Origin: Candidatus Auribacterota bacterium | GTDB lineage: Bacteria > Auribacterota > Tritonobacteria > UBA1439 | Length of the DNA: 64,000 nucleotides | Assembly (NCBI GenBank): GCA_026392035.1 | Contig: JAPLCX010000059.1 | Location: 82-64,081 of the forward strand | Direction of reading: 5' to 3' | Shown here: positions 15,622 to 23,436 of the stretch, in pieces | Layout of the letters: every line of letters starts with the position of its first letter | Numbering within the stretch: the first letter of the stretch is position 1 | Notes under the pieces: generated by a model | Seen by the model: the letters and a program-made list of their open reading frames with translations, nothing else | Database searches by the model: none | What the model was told of the DNA's origin: nothing | Made by a program: the position numbers and the translations under genes

Positions 15622-16629
15622 ATGCAGACAGATCATAAAATCCATATAGAACGTCCCGATCAATGCGCGGAAGACAGAGTCATTGACCATCTGATCAATG
15701 CTTCAGGATACGTCTCGGGTGAAGAAATAGCGCAGGAATTGCGCATCTCGCGGACCGCCATCTGGAACCACGTGAACAATCTTAAAAAAATCGGGTTCCG
15801 GATAGAATCCCACCCCCACCTGGGCTACCATCTCATCGGCCTACCGGATAAGCTTTTGCCCGCGCTGATCTCCAATGGTCTCAAGACGGAACTCATTGGG
15901 AAAAAGATTGTTCACTGCGCGAGGACAACTTCCAGCAATGATGAAGCTGAGAGGCTCGCGAGGATGGGCGAACATGAGGGGACGGTGATAATTGCCGAGG
16001 AGCAGACCGCCGGCAAGGGGAGGGTGGGCCGCGTCTGGCACTCGCCGAGAGGGAAAGGCATTTATCTTTCGGTCATCCTGAGGCCGCAGCTTCCGCCCGC
16101 GAGGGTCTCGTATCTGACACTCTGTTCGGCAATCTCCGCAGTTGCGGCAATTCAGGCATGTTCCGGCCTGAGAGCTTTTGTGAAGTGGCCGAACGACGTG
16201 CTCGTCTCCGGCAGGAAAGTCTGCGGCATACTGACTGAGCTGGCCACGGAGGCCGACCGAATCAACTACGCGATTGTGGGAGTGGGCATTAATGCAAACC
16301 AGGAGCCCCCCGATCTCGCCGGCCTCAAAATGGCAACCTCGATCAAAATAGAGAAGGGGGGGGAGGTGTCCCGCCTCGAACTGAGCAGGGCTTTTCTGGA
16401 ATCCCTCGACAGCAACTACGCCCTTCTCCTGCACGAGCATTACCGGGAGATCATCGAACGATGGCTTCAGGTATCCGCGACTATCGGCAGGAGAATCCTG
16501 GCCGAATCCCTTTCAAATGAGCGATGGGAAGGGGTAGCCACGGGGCTCGATGAGGATGGATGTCTGTTGTTGCGGCTTGACAACGGTATGACAAAACGGA
16601 TCACGGGCGGAGATGTGAGCATTTTGTAA
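15622..16629 (+). CDS. birA: bifunctional biotin--[acetyl-CoA-carboxylase] ligase / biotin operon repressor
   Basis: The N-terminal HTH reads GYVSGEEIAQELRISRTAIWNHVNNLKKIGF. The ligase core is present (GKGRVGRVWHSPRGKGIYLSVILRP). The start is chosen at MQTDHK. Confidence 0.85.
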   Translation: MQTDHKIHIERPDQCAEDRVIDHLINASGYVSGEEIAQELRISRTAIWNHVNNLKKIGFRIESHPHLGYHLIGLPDKLLPALISNGLKTELIGKKIVHCARTTSSNDEAERLARMGEHEGTVIIAEEQTAGKGRVGRVWHSPRGKGIYLSVILRPQLPPARVSYLTLCSAISAVAAIQACSGLRAFVKWPNDVLVSGRKVCGILTELATEADRINYAIVGVGINANQEPPDLAGLKMATSIKIEKGGEVSRLELSRAFLESLDSNYALLLHEHYREIIERWLQVSATIGRRILAESLSNERWEGVATGLDEDGCLLLRLDNGMTKRITGGDVSIL

Positions 16630-16707
16630 GCCGTTGCACGTGCAGCGAATATGCGTCGAGATCATGAGTCAACAGGTAATGGACCAGTCCTAGGCGGGTC
16701 TTGATTT

Positions 16708-16781
16708 GTAGGGGTTCGATCCTTCGACTGCGCTCAGGACAAGTTTTATCGAACCCGGGCGCGATGAATCGCGCCCCTACA
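16708..16781. repeat. structured repeat family 2, copy 1 (28-bp core GCGCTCAGGACAAGTTTTATCGAACCCG plus hairpin GGGCGCGA-TGAA-TCGCGCCC plus CTACA)
   Basis: It shares an exact 28-mer and a covarying hairpin with 59832-59908. It contains the tRNA T-loop-like string GGGGTTCGATCC, but no cloverleaf can be drawn. It lies 3' of birA. Confidence 0.5.
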
Positions 16782-16812
16782 TCATAAATACATTCTGGGG
16801 TGTGCATTTCAA

Positions 16813-17622
16813 ATGAAAAAAACGAGTCAAATCTCAGCCCGAAGGCAACGCCGGAAGGAACGTTTCCTCGTCATCGACATCGGCAACACCACGGTTCATT
16901 TCGGCATCTGTGATCGGGAGAGAATCCTTAAGCAGTTCAGGATTTCCAGTATCGCATCGCGGTTCCGCAAAGAGGCGGCGCGCGCGCTGAGGGAGAGCGG
17001 GCCGTGGGATCTTCCGCTCGGGGGAGCATTGGTCTCCAGCGTCGTGCCGCTCCTTGACAGCTCGGTCAATTCCCTGTGCCGCCGCATGGGGATCATCCCC
17101 ATCTGGCTGAATCACAAGACGCCCACGGGCATCACATTGCTCTATAAGAAACCTCAGGAGATAGGCTCTGACCGCATCGCAAATGTGGCTGCCGCGAGAG
17201 CGCTCTATAGCGTTCCCGCGATAGTGGTGGATATAGGCACCGCCATTACCTTTGACTGCGTCTCCGAGAGGGGGGCTTATCTCGGCGGCGTGATTGCCCC
17301 GGGCCCCATGCTCTCACGAGCAGCGCTGGCGGAGTGTACCGGGCTGCTCCCGTTTGCTGAAATTGAAACCCCGCCCCAACTTATCGGCAAGAGCACGGTC
17401 CGCGCAATTCAGGCCGGTGTGATATTCGGGACGAGGGCGCTCATCTCCGGAATTATACGCGGGTTGCAAAAGGAGATGGGAGGCCGGCCGGAAATAATTT
17501 TCACGGGCGGCCAGCTTGAGCTGATCATCCATGGCTGGGATTACGCGAAATTGGTTGACCCATTGCTGACATTACAGGGTTTGAGGATCATCTACAACAG
17601 AGTAGTAGCTAGTAGTCGGTAG
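16813..17622 (+). CDS. coaX: type III pantothenate kinase
   Basis: LVIDIGNTTVHFGI, GSDRIANVAAA and IVVDIGTAITFD mark the CoaX (Bvg accessory factor) family. Confidence 0.85.
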   Translation: MKKTSQISARRQRRKERFLVIDIGNTTVHFGICDRERILKQFRISSIASRFRKEAARALRESGPWDLPLGGALVSSVVPLLDSSVNSLCRRMGIIPIWLNHKTPTGITLLYKKPQEIGSDRIANVAAARALYSVPAIVVDIGTAITFDCVSERGAYLGGVIAPGPMLSRAALAECTGLLPFAEIETPPQLIGKSTVRAIQAGVIFGTRALISGIIRGLQKEMGGRPEIIFTGGQLELIIHGWDYAKLVDPLLTLQGLRIIYNRVVASSR

Positions 17623-17700
17623 CTAGTAGTTAGGGATTCATGGTAATAGTGAAAGAGGAGCTCTTGCTTTGTCCCTTATCCCCTGGCTACTAGCTACTCA
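17598..17700. other. long hairpin / stop-codon-rich inverted repeat between coaX and mnmA
   Basis: GTAGCTAGTAGT occurs twice (17604-17630). Its complement GGCTACTAGCTACT lies at 17682-17697. The repeats contain TAG in all three frames. Confidence 0.4.
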
Positions 17701-17709
17701 CTGCTTTTT

Positions 17710-18762
17710 ATGAAGATCATTGTTGGCATGTCAGGCGGCGTTGACAGCTCCGTGGCTGCCCTCCTCCTCAAGGAGAAGGGATACGAGGTCACGGGAGTGA
17801 CGCTGAGGACATTTTCAGGCTGTCGGAATCCTGAGGATACCTGCGCCGACCAGGGGAGCATTGTCGCCGCGACAGGGGTCGCCCATAAGCTCGGCATAGC
17901 GCACAGGGTTGTGGATGTGCAGAACGCATTTAAAAAATTCGTGATTGATTATTTTTGCAGCGCGTACTCCTCCGGACGGACGCCAAACCCCTGCGTGGCA
18001 TGCAATGAGTCGGTAAAATTCACCTCGCTGCTGCAATGCGCCGATGAGCTCGGGGCGGAGAAGATCGCCACGGGCCACTACGCGAGGGTGAGGGAGGATC
18101 ACGGGCGCGCGCTGCTCGTGCGTGGGATTGATGAGCGCAAGGATCAGGCATATTTTCTTTCACGCCTCACGCAACCGGTTTTGAAACGGACCGTCTTCCC
18201 CCTCGGGGAGCATAGGAAAATCGGGGTGAGGAATTTTGCCCGTGAGCATGGCCTGGCGGCGCACGAGCGGCCTGAGAGCCAGGAAATCTGTTTTATCCCG
18301 GGCGACGATTACCGCGCGTTTCTCAAGGAGATGCGCGGCACGCGGATTGCCGGAGGCGATATACTTGACAGGGAAGGGAAGGTGGTGGGTAAACACCAGG
18401 GAGTTGAGTTCTACACGGTGGGGCAGCGGGGCGGATTGTCCCTGAACTCAAAGACACCGCGGTATGTGACCTCGATGGACCCCGTCAGACGCACCGTCAC
18501 CGTGGGCGGCATTAACGATCTCATCAAAAACGAGATGCGAGTCTCGGGTGTCAACTGGATTGCATGGGATGCGCCCGGGGGCCCGTTTCACGCGCTGGTC
18601 AAAATCCGCTATAATCATCCGGGCGTCATGAGCACGGTGCAGCCGCAGCCTGGTGGAGGAGCGCTCGTTGTTTTTGATTCACCGCAGAAAGCCGTCACGC
18701 CCGGCCAGGCGGCTGTTTTTTACAGTGGCGATGTCGTTATCGGAGGGGGATGGATAGATTAA
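17710..18762 (+). CDS. mnmA: tRNA-specific 2-thiouridylase
   Basis: The PP-loop reads MKIIVGMSGGVDSSVAALLL. The catalytic Cys region and overall length match MnmA/TrmU. Confidence 0.9.
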   Translation: MKIIVGMSGGVDSSVAALLLKEKGYEVTGVTLRTFSGCRNPEDTCADQGSIVAATGVAHKLGIAHRVVDVQNAFKKFVIDYFCSAYSSGRTPNPCVACNESVKFTSLLQCADELGAEKIATGHYARVREDHGRALLVRGIDERKDQAYFLSRLTQPVLKRTVFPLGEHRKIGVRNFAREHGLAAHERPESQEICFIPGDDYRAFLKEMRGTRIAGGDILDREGKVVGKHQGVEFYTVGQRGGLSLNSKTPRYVTSMDPVRRTVTVGGINDLIKNEMRVSGVNWIAWDAPGGPFHALVKIRYNHPGVMSTVQPQPGGGALVVFDSPQKAVTPGQAAVFYSGDVVIGGGWID

Positions 18763-18842
18763 ATCCCAAACCTGCCATCCGGCAGGCAAGTCACAAACTT
18801 GCCCCGTGAAGCGGGGTCCCAAATCCCAAAAAAGGAGAAAAA

Positions 18843-19187
18843 ATGGATGGCTGCATATTCTGTAAAGTTGCATGTAAAGAGATAAAGAGCACAATCGTCC
18901 ACGAGGATGATGAAATTGTAGTGTTCAAAGATATCGAGCCCCAGGCGCCGGTGCATCTGCTCATCATCCCCAGGAGGCATATCGGCGGGCTCACGGAACT
19001 GGGGCCGGGGGACGAGCAATTGATCGGGAAGATCATCGCCCTCTCGAAACAGCTTGCCGAGCGCTTTTCCTTTTCCCAGTGCGGATTCCGCCTCGTGGTT
19101 AATTCGGGGCCCGACGCGGGCCAGGCGGTAGATCATCTCCATTTCCACCTGCTCGGCGGCAGAAAATTCAGCTGGCCGCCAGGGTGA
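18843..19187 (+). CDS. HIT-family (histidine triad) nucleotide-binding protein
   Basis: The histidine triad is VDHLHFHLLGG. The N-terminal CIFCK matches the family. Confidence 0.85.
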   Translation: MDGCIFCKVACKEIKSTIVHEDDEIVVFKDIEPQAPVHLLIIPRRHIGGLTELGPGDEQLIGKIIALSKQLAERFSFSQCGFRLVVNSGPDAGQAVDHLHFHLLGGRKFSWPPG

Positions 19188-19207
19188 TAAAGTTATCCAC
19201 AGCCTTA

Positions 19208-19381
19208 GCCGACACTTACTAATGGGAGCACATTATTCTTTACACTTTTTTCCATGGTCATTGCGATCCCGCAAAGCGGGAGAAGCAATCTCCTGCTGCT
19301 CAATGAGTTAGGATTGCTTCGTCGCTGCGCTCCTCGCAATGACATGTCAAGTATTTAATGCTCCCCGTAATAAGTGTCGGC
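19208..19381. ncRNA. candidate structured small RNA (6S-like architecture); strand undetermined
   Basis: A 23-bp closing helix forms between GCCGACACTTACTAATGGGAGCA and TGCTCCCCGTAATAAGTGTCGGC. Inside are nested helices GTCATTGCGA/TCGCAATGAC and GAAGCAATC/GATTGCTTC, and the hairpin TCCCGC-AAA-GCGGGA. Single-stranded A/T-rich strands sit on both sides of the centre, as in the 6S central bubble. The length is about 174 nt. It is intergenic between HIT and cinA. Confidence 0.35.
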
Positions 19382-19415
19382 TGCAAGGGGTGCGCTACAG
19401 AGGTGGGGATAGGAA

Positions 19416-19937
19416 ATGCATGCGGAGAGACTTGAGGAGAAAGTGGGCAATTTTCTGAAAGCCCATGACCTCACGCTTGCTCTAGCTGAATCCTGTACCG
19501 GCGGCCTGGTCGGGCACACGATTACGCAGGTCGCCGGGAGTTCTGATTACTTTCTGGGCGGCGTCATCGCCTACAGCAACCGCGCCAAGGTTGAGCTCCT
19601 CGGCGTCAAGAGAGCAACGCTGAACAGATGCGGCGCGGCGAGCAGCGAAACCGCTGCGGAGATGGCCGAGGGTGCTCAAAGGATTTTTGGCGCTGATTGC
19701 GCATTGTCCACGACGGGTATCGCGGGGCCCACGGGCGGCAGCGACGCCAAGCCGGTCGGCCTTGTGTATATCGGGATGGCAATGAGGGGCAGAACTGTAA
19801 CCGCAAGACACCTGTTCAGCGGGACGCGACACAAGATCAAAACGCAGGCATCCAGGGCTGCGCTCGCAATGCTATGCGCATATATTAAAAGTAACTGCTC
19901 AGGAGCCGGAATTCAGGAGTCAGGAGCCAGGAGTTAG
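19416..19937 (+). CDS. CinA C-terminal domain protein / nicotinamide-nucleotide amidohydrolase PncC-like
   Basis: LTLALAESCTGGLVGHTITQVAGSSDYFLGGVIAYSNRAK...GIAGPTGG matches the family. It lies upstream of recA, as is common for cinA. Confidence 0.8.
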   Translation: MHAERLEEKVGNFLKAHDLTLALAESCTGGLVGHTITQVAGSSDYFLGGVIAYSNRAKVELLGVKRATLNRCGAASSETAAEMAEGAQRIFGADCALSTTGIAGPTGGSDAKPVGLVYIGMAMRGRTVTARHLFSGTRHKIKTQASRAALAMLCAYIKSNCSGAGIQESGARS

Positions 19938-20141
19938 AATAAGGACGCCGGCGGCGACCTCTGAGGACTTGGGCTACGGCGATGTTTCCGAGTTAATGCA
20001 GTTACTCGAAGAGGTCAGCAAGCTCCTGGAAGCTTATGCGCGATCCATTCTGGATTCTGGCTCCTGGCTTCTGACTACCTGAGTAGTTACCTTAAAACAT
20101 GTACTTTCAACCTTAGGCCTTAAACTTCTGGCTATTTTTAG

Positions 20142-20705
20142 ATGAGCATACGATCCTTCATCGCGATAGAGCTCGGAGACAAGGAGAAGCGGTCTCTTGA
20201 GCTTATTCAAAATAAGCTGAAACGTGAGCTGCCCGCCGTGAGGTGGGTCAAGCCGCATACGATCCATCTCACGCTCAAATTCCTCGGCTACATAGAGGAG
20301 AGCCGGATAGCCGGGATTAAGGAGATAGTTGACACTGCCGCTAAGAATTGCAGGCCTTTCCGGATACTGCTGAGCGGCATCGGAGCCTTCCCGAATGCCA
20401 GAAATCCACGAGTGGTCTGGATTGGAGTCCGGGAAGAGAGCGGAACGCTGAAAAAATTTGCAGAAGCGCTTGACAGGCTTCTCTCCGGGATAGGCATTGA
20501 ACCCGAAGACCGCGCCTTCAGCCCGCACCTCACGCTCGGAAGGGTGAAGGAGCGGGGGGGCAGGGATATTTTTAGCGGCGTGTTAACTCTGTTTAAAGAT
20601 CAAGAAGCCGGCGAGATGGGGGTAGATAGAATCTCCCTCATGCGCAGCGATCTCACGCCACAGGGACCTATCTACAGCACGCTGCATCTGGCTGAATTGC
20701 ATTGA
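20142..20705 (+). CDS. thpR: RNA 2',3'-cyclic phosphodiesterase (2H / LigT family)
   Basis: Two H-x-T/S-x motifs are present: HTIHLTLKFLG and PHLTLGRV. Confidence 0.8.
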   Translation: MSIRSFIAIELGDKEKRSLELIQNKLKRELPAVRWVKPHTIHLTLKFLGYIEESRIAGIKEIVDTAAKNCRPFRILLSGIGAFPNARNPRVVWIGVREESGTLKKFAEALDRLLSGIGIEPEDRAFSPHLTLGRVKERGGRDIFSGVLTLFKDQEAGEMGVDRISLMRSDLTPQGPIYSTLHLAELH

Positions 20706-20953
20706 GTTCCTACCTATTTACAGGTCTGCATTGTTGATCCAACGGCACGTTACCGCGTGCTCACCGCTTACCGGCATACTCTCGCGCGATCGATCCGTGA
20801 AAAATAATGGAATAAAAGTCAATGTCACTTCGTCTATTATAGTGAAGAGCTGAAGAATCTTTATAGCGGGTGAACGCGATGTGTTATAATGTGGGGCATT
20901 TGACGGCAAAGCGAACCATATGAACGCCTATCAGCTCAGGGAGGAGGTGCGCA

Positions 20954-21982
20954 ATGGCGCAAAAAGATGATGTAAAGGAAGTAAAACTGGACGAGGGTAA
21001 GGCTAAAGCGCTTGAGGTCGCCGTATCGCAGATTGAGAAGCAGTTCGGCCAGGGCGCCATTATGAAGCTCGGCAGTCAGGCAGCCAAGGTGAGTGTGCCC
21101 ACCATTTCGACAGGCGCCCTCACCCTTGATATCGCGCTGGGGATAGGTGGAGTGCCCCGGGGAAGGGTCATAGAAATTTTCGGGCCTGAATCTTCCGGGA
21201 AAACGACACTCGCCATGAGTATTGTCGCAAATGCCCAGCGGGCGGGCGGCACCGCTGCGTTCATTGACGCCGAACACGCCTTCGATGCGGCATACGGGCA
21301 GAGGATCGGGATCAACCTGGATAATCTCCTCATCTCGCAACCTGACTGCGGCGAAGACGCCCTCAATATCGCCGAGGTGCTCGTGCGCAGCAATGCGGTT
21401 GACGTGGTCGTGGTTGATACCGTCGCCGCGCTTGTCCCGAAGGCTGAGATTGAGGGGGACATAGGAGATTCACACGTCGGTCTCCAGGCAAGGCTCATGT
21501 CCCAGGCGCTGCGCAAGCTCACGGCCAGCATCAATCGCTCTAAAACGTGCTGCATTTTTATAAACCAGATCAGGGAAAAGATCGGCGTGATGTTCGGGAA
21601 CCCCGAGACGACCCCCGGGGGGCGGGCGCTCAAGTTCTACTCATCAGTGCGATTGGACCTCCGAAGGATTGAGAGCTTCAAAAACAGCCAGGGGGTTGTT
21701 ATGGGAAACCGCGTCAGGGCAAAGGTCGTGAAAAACAAGCTGGCGCCCCCGTTCCGCACCGCCGAGTTCGAGATCTTCTTCGATGAGGGCATTTCACGGG
21801 AGGGAACAATCCTCGATGTCGCGATCGAGCACGGGATCGTGGAGAAGAAAGGGGCCTGGCTCGCCTTTGGGGGGGAGCATATAGGACAGGGTCGTGAGGC
21901 CGCCCGACTGGCGCTGAAGGGGAACCCGAAACTCGCCAAGGAGATCACCCAGGAGATAAAGAAGAAGTTAGACCTTAAATGA
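20954..21982 (+). CDS. recA: recombinase RecA
   Basis: Walker A is GPESSGKTT. The region [23 protein letters not shown] and the L1/L2 loop sequences are canonical RecA. Confidence 0.95.
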   Translation: MAQKDDVKEVKLDEGKAKALEVAVSQIEKQFGQGAIMKLGSQAAKVSVPTISTGALTLDIALGIGGVPRGRVIEIFGPESSGKTTLAMSIVANAQRAGGTAAFIDAEHAFDAAYGQRIGINLDNLLISQPDCGEDALNIAEVLVRSNAVDVVVVDTVAALVPKAEIEGDIGDSHVGLQARLMSQALRKLTASINRSKTCCIFINQIREKIGVMFGNPETTPGGRALKFYSSVRLDLRRIESFKNSQGVVMGNRVRAKVVKNKLAPPFRTAEFEIFFDEGISREGTILDVAIEHGIVEKKGAWLAFGGEHIGQGREAARLALKGNPKLAKEITQEIKKKLDLK

Positions 21983-22824
21983 AGAGATACGTACTGTTGC
22001 TCACACTGATGGTAGTCTGCGCGTCAGCGTTGATTGTGTTTATTTCAGACTATCAGGCCCTCGTGAAAAAGAGCAAGGGGCGGCGTGGGTTCGCCGGGGA
22101 GGCTGCCGAGAGGTCAATCGAAGATATCGTCGAGGCGGTCGGTCCCTCAGTGGTCGCGATCAATACCAGGGAGAGGAGGCTCGTACGCCCCCGCGGCGGG
22201 GACCCGCTCCTGCGCTATTTCGGGGACGATTCGGATCTGCTCGCTGAATCTGAGGGGATAGGCTCCGGCGTCATATTCGATCCAGATGGTTATGTCCTGA
22301 CGAATGGCCACGTCGTGGGGCGCGCGCAGGAAATTCAGGTGACTCTGGCTGATGGACGGCGGGTTGAAGCGACACTCTGCGCGATAGACCAGGAACGCGA
22401 TCTGGCGTTAATCAAGTTGGCCGAGGGCGGCCTCCACGCTGCCGAGTTCGGGGACTCTGAAAACCTCAGGGTGGGGCAGTGGGTCATCGCGTTTGGCAAT
22501 CCTTTCGGAACGGCGTCGAGGAACGCCCAGCCCTCGGTGACGAGTGGTGTGATCAGCGCGCTTCAGAGGAACCTGAAAGTCGGGCATGGGCTTATTTACC
22601 GTGATCTCATTCAAACTGATGCCGCGATCAACAGCGGCAATAACGGCGGGCCGCTCGTAGACCTGAGCGGCAGGGTGATAGGGTTAAACACATTGATCCT
22701 CACCTCTTCGGGCGCCTCGACCGGTTTAGGATTCGCAATACCCATTGATTCCATTAAAGAGAGGCTGGATGAGCTGAAGCGGCAGTGCCTGAAAAGACAA
22801 GGCGTCAGGGGTGCCACGAGGTGA
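21979..22824 (+). CDS. trypsin-like serine protease (S1C/HtrA-like core without a PDZ domain)
   Basis: The catalytic His lies in VLTNGHVV and the catalytic Ser in GNNGGPLVD. It has an N-terminal TM/signal segment. It is 281 aa. Confidence 0.7.
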   Translation: MKRYVLLLTLMVVCASALIVFISDYQALVKKSKGRRGFAGEAAERSIEDIVEAVGPSVVAINTRERRLVRPRGGDPLLRYFGDDSDLLAESEGIGSGVIFDPDGYVLTNGHVVGRAQEIQVTLADGRRVEATLCAIDQERDLALIKLAEGGLHAAEFGDSENLRVGQWVIAFGNPFGTASRNAQPSVTSGVISALQRNLKVGHGLIYRDLIQTDAAINSGNNGGPLVDLSGRVIGLNTLILTSSGASTGLGFAIPIDSIKERLDELKRQCLKRQGVRGATR

Positions 22825-23354
22825 GGAAACGGTCGCTTTTGAAGGGGAAGGGCGCGTCTGGCAATCGCGCGGAGGATGCATCCGGCGGTTACTCCAAGGC
22901 CATGAGTGCTGCCTTGAGGCTCCTCTCCTTCCGGCCGCGCACAGAGCAGGAGCTGGCGAGCCGCTTATATGCAAAGGGCTTTGCTCAGGATCTGATCGCA
23001 CGGGTGTGCGAGAGATTGAAAGCGCTGGCCTATATTGATGACCGCCAGTTTGCCATATCCTGGATCAAGGCCTTCTCCGGTCCCAGGTGCCGAAATGCCT
23101 GGGTGTTGAAGCGGGAGCTCAAGAAGAAGGGAATTGTTCCCGAGCTCGCTGATGAGGTCGTCAAAGATAATTTTAAAAAGGAGGAAGTTTTTAAGGCCGC
23201 CTGCGAGCTCGCGCGGCAGAGGATGAGCAAAGCGGCCTCACGCGAGGCCGATAGGGTGAAAACACGGGTACAAAACCTGCTCCTCCGCAGGGGGTTCGAC
23301 TACGATTTTATCCGGGAGGTCATTGCCGGAGCGATCGACACAAAGGAAGAATAG
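22785..23354 (+). CDS. recX: recombination regulator RecX
   Basis: ALRLLSFRPRTEQELASRLYAKGF...FIREVIAGAI shows the RecX helical repeats. It lies downstream of recA. The start is uncertain and may be the internal ATG at 22902; the upstream part overlaps the protease gene. Confidence 0.75.
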   Translation: MPEKTRRQGCHEVRKRSLLKGKGASGNRAEDASGGYSKAMSAALRLLSFRPRTEQELASRLYAKGFAQDLIARVCERLKALAYIDDRQFAISWIKAFSGPRCRNAWVLKRELKKKGIVPELADEVVKDNFKKEEVFKAACELARQRMSKAASREADRVKTRVQNLLLRRGFDYDFIREVIAGAIDTKEE

Positions 23355-23436
23355 AAACCGCGGATGAGGCGGATTGGACGGATTATTGTTGGAGCTCGTT
23401 GTGTCTCAATCCGCATAATCCTCGCAGAGTTTTTAT

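Noticed and set aside
16700-16725. tRNA gene suggested by GGGGTTCGATCC (T-loop-like)
   Set aside because: No acceptor, D or anticodon arms can be drawn around it. The flanking pairing pattern fits the repeat-family hairpins instead.
20706-20953. SOS/LexA box upstream of recA
   Set aside because: A plausible promoter with TATAAT at about 20900 is visible. I could not find a convincing CTGT-N8-ACAG or Cheo-box palindrome. GAAC-containing strings are present but not palindromic.
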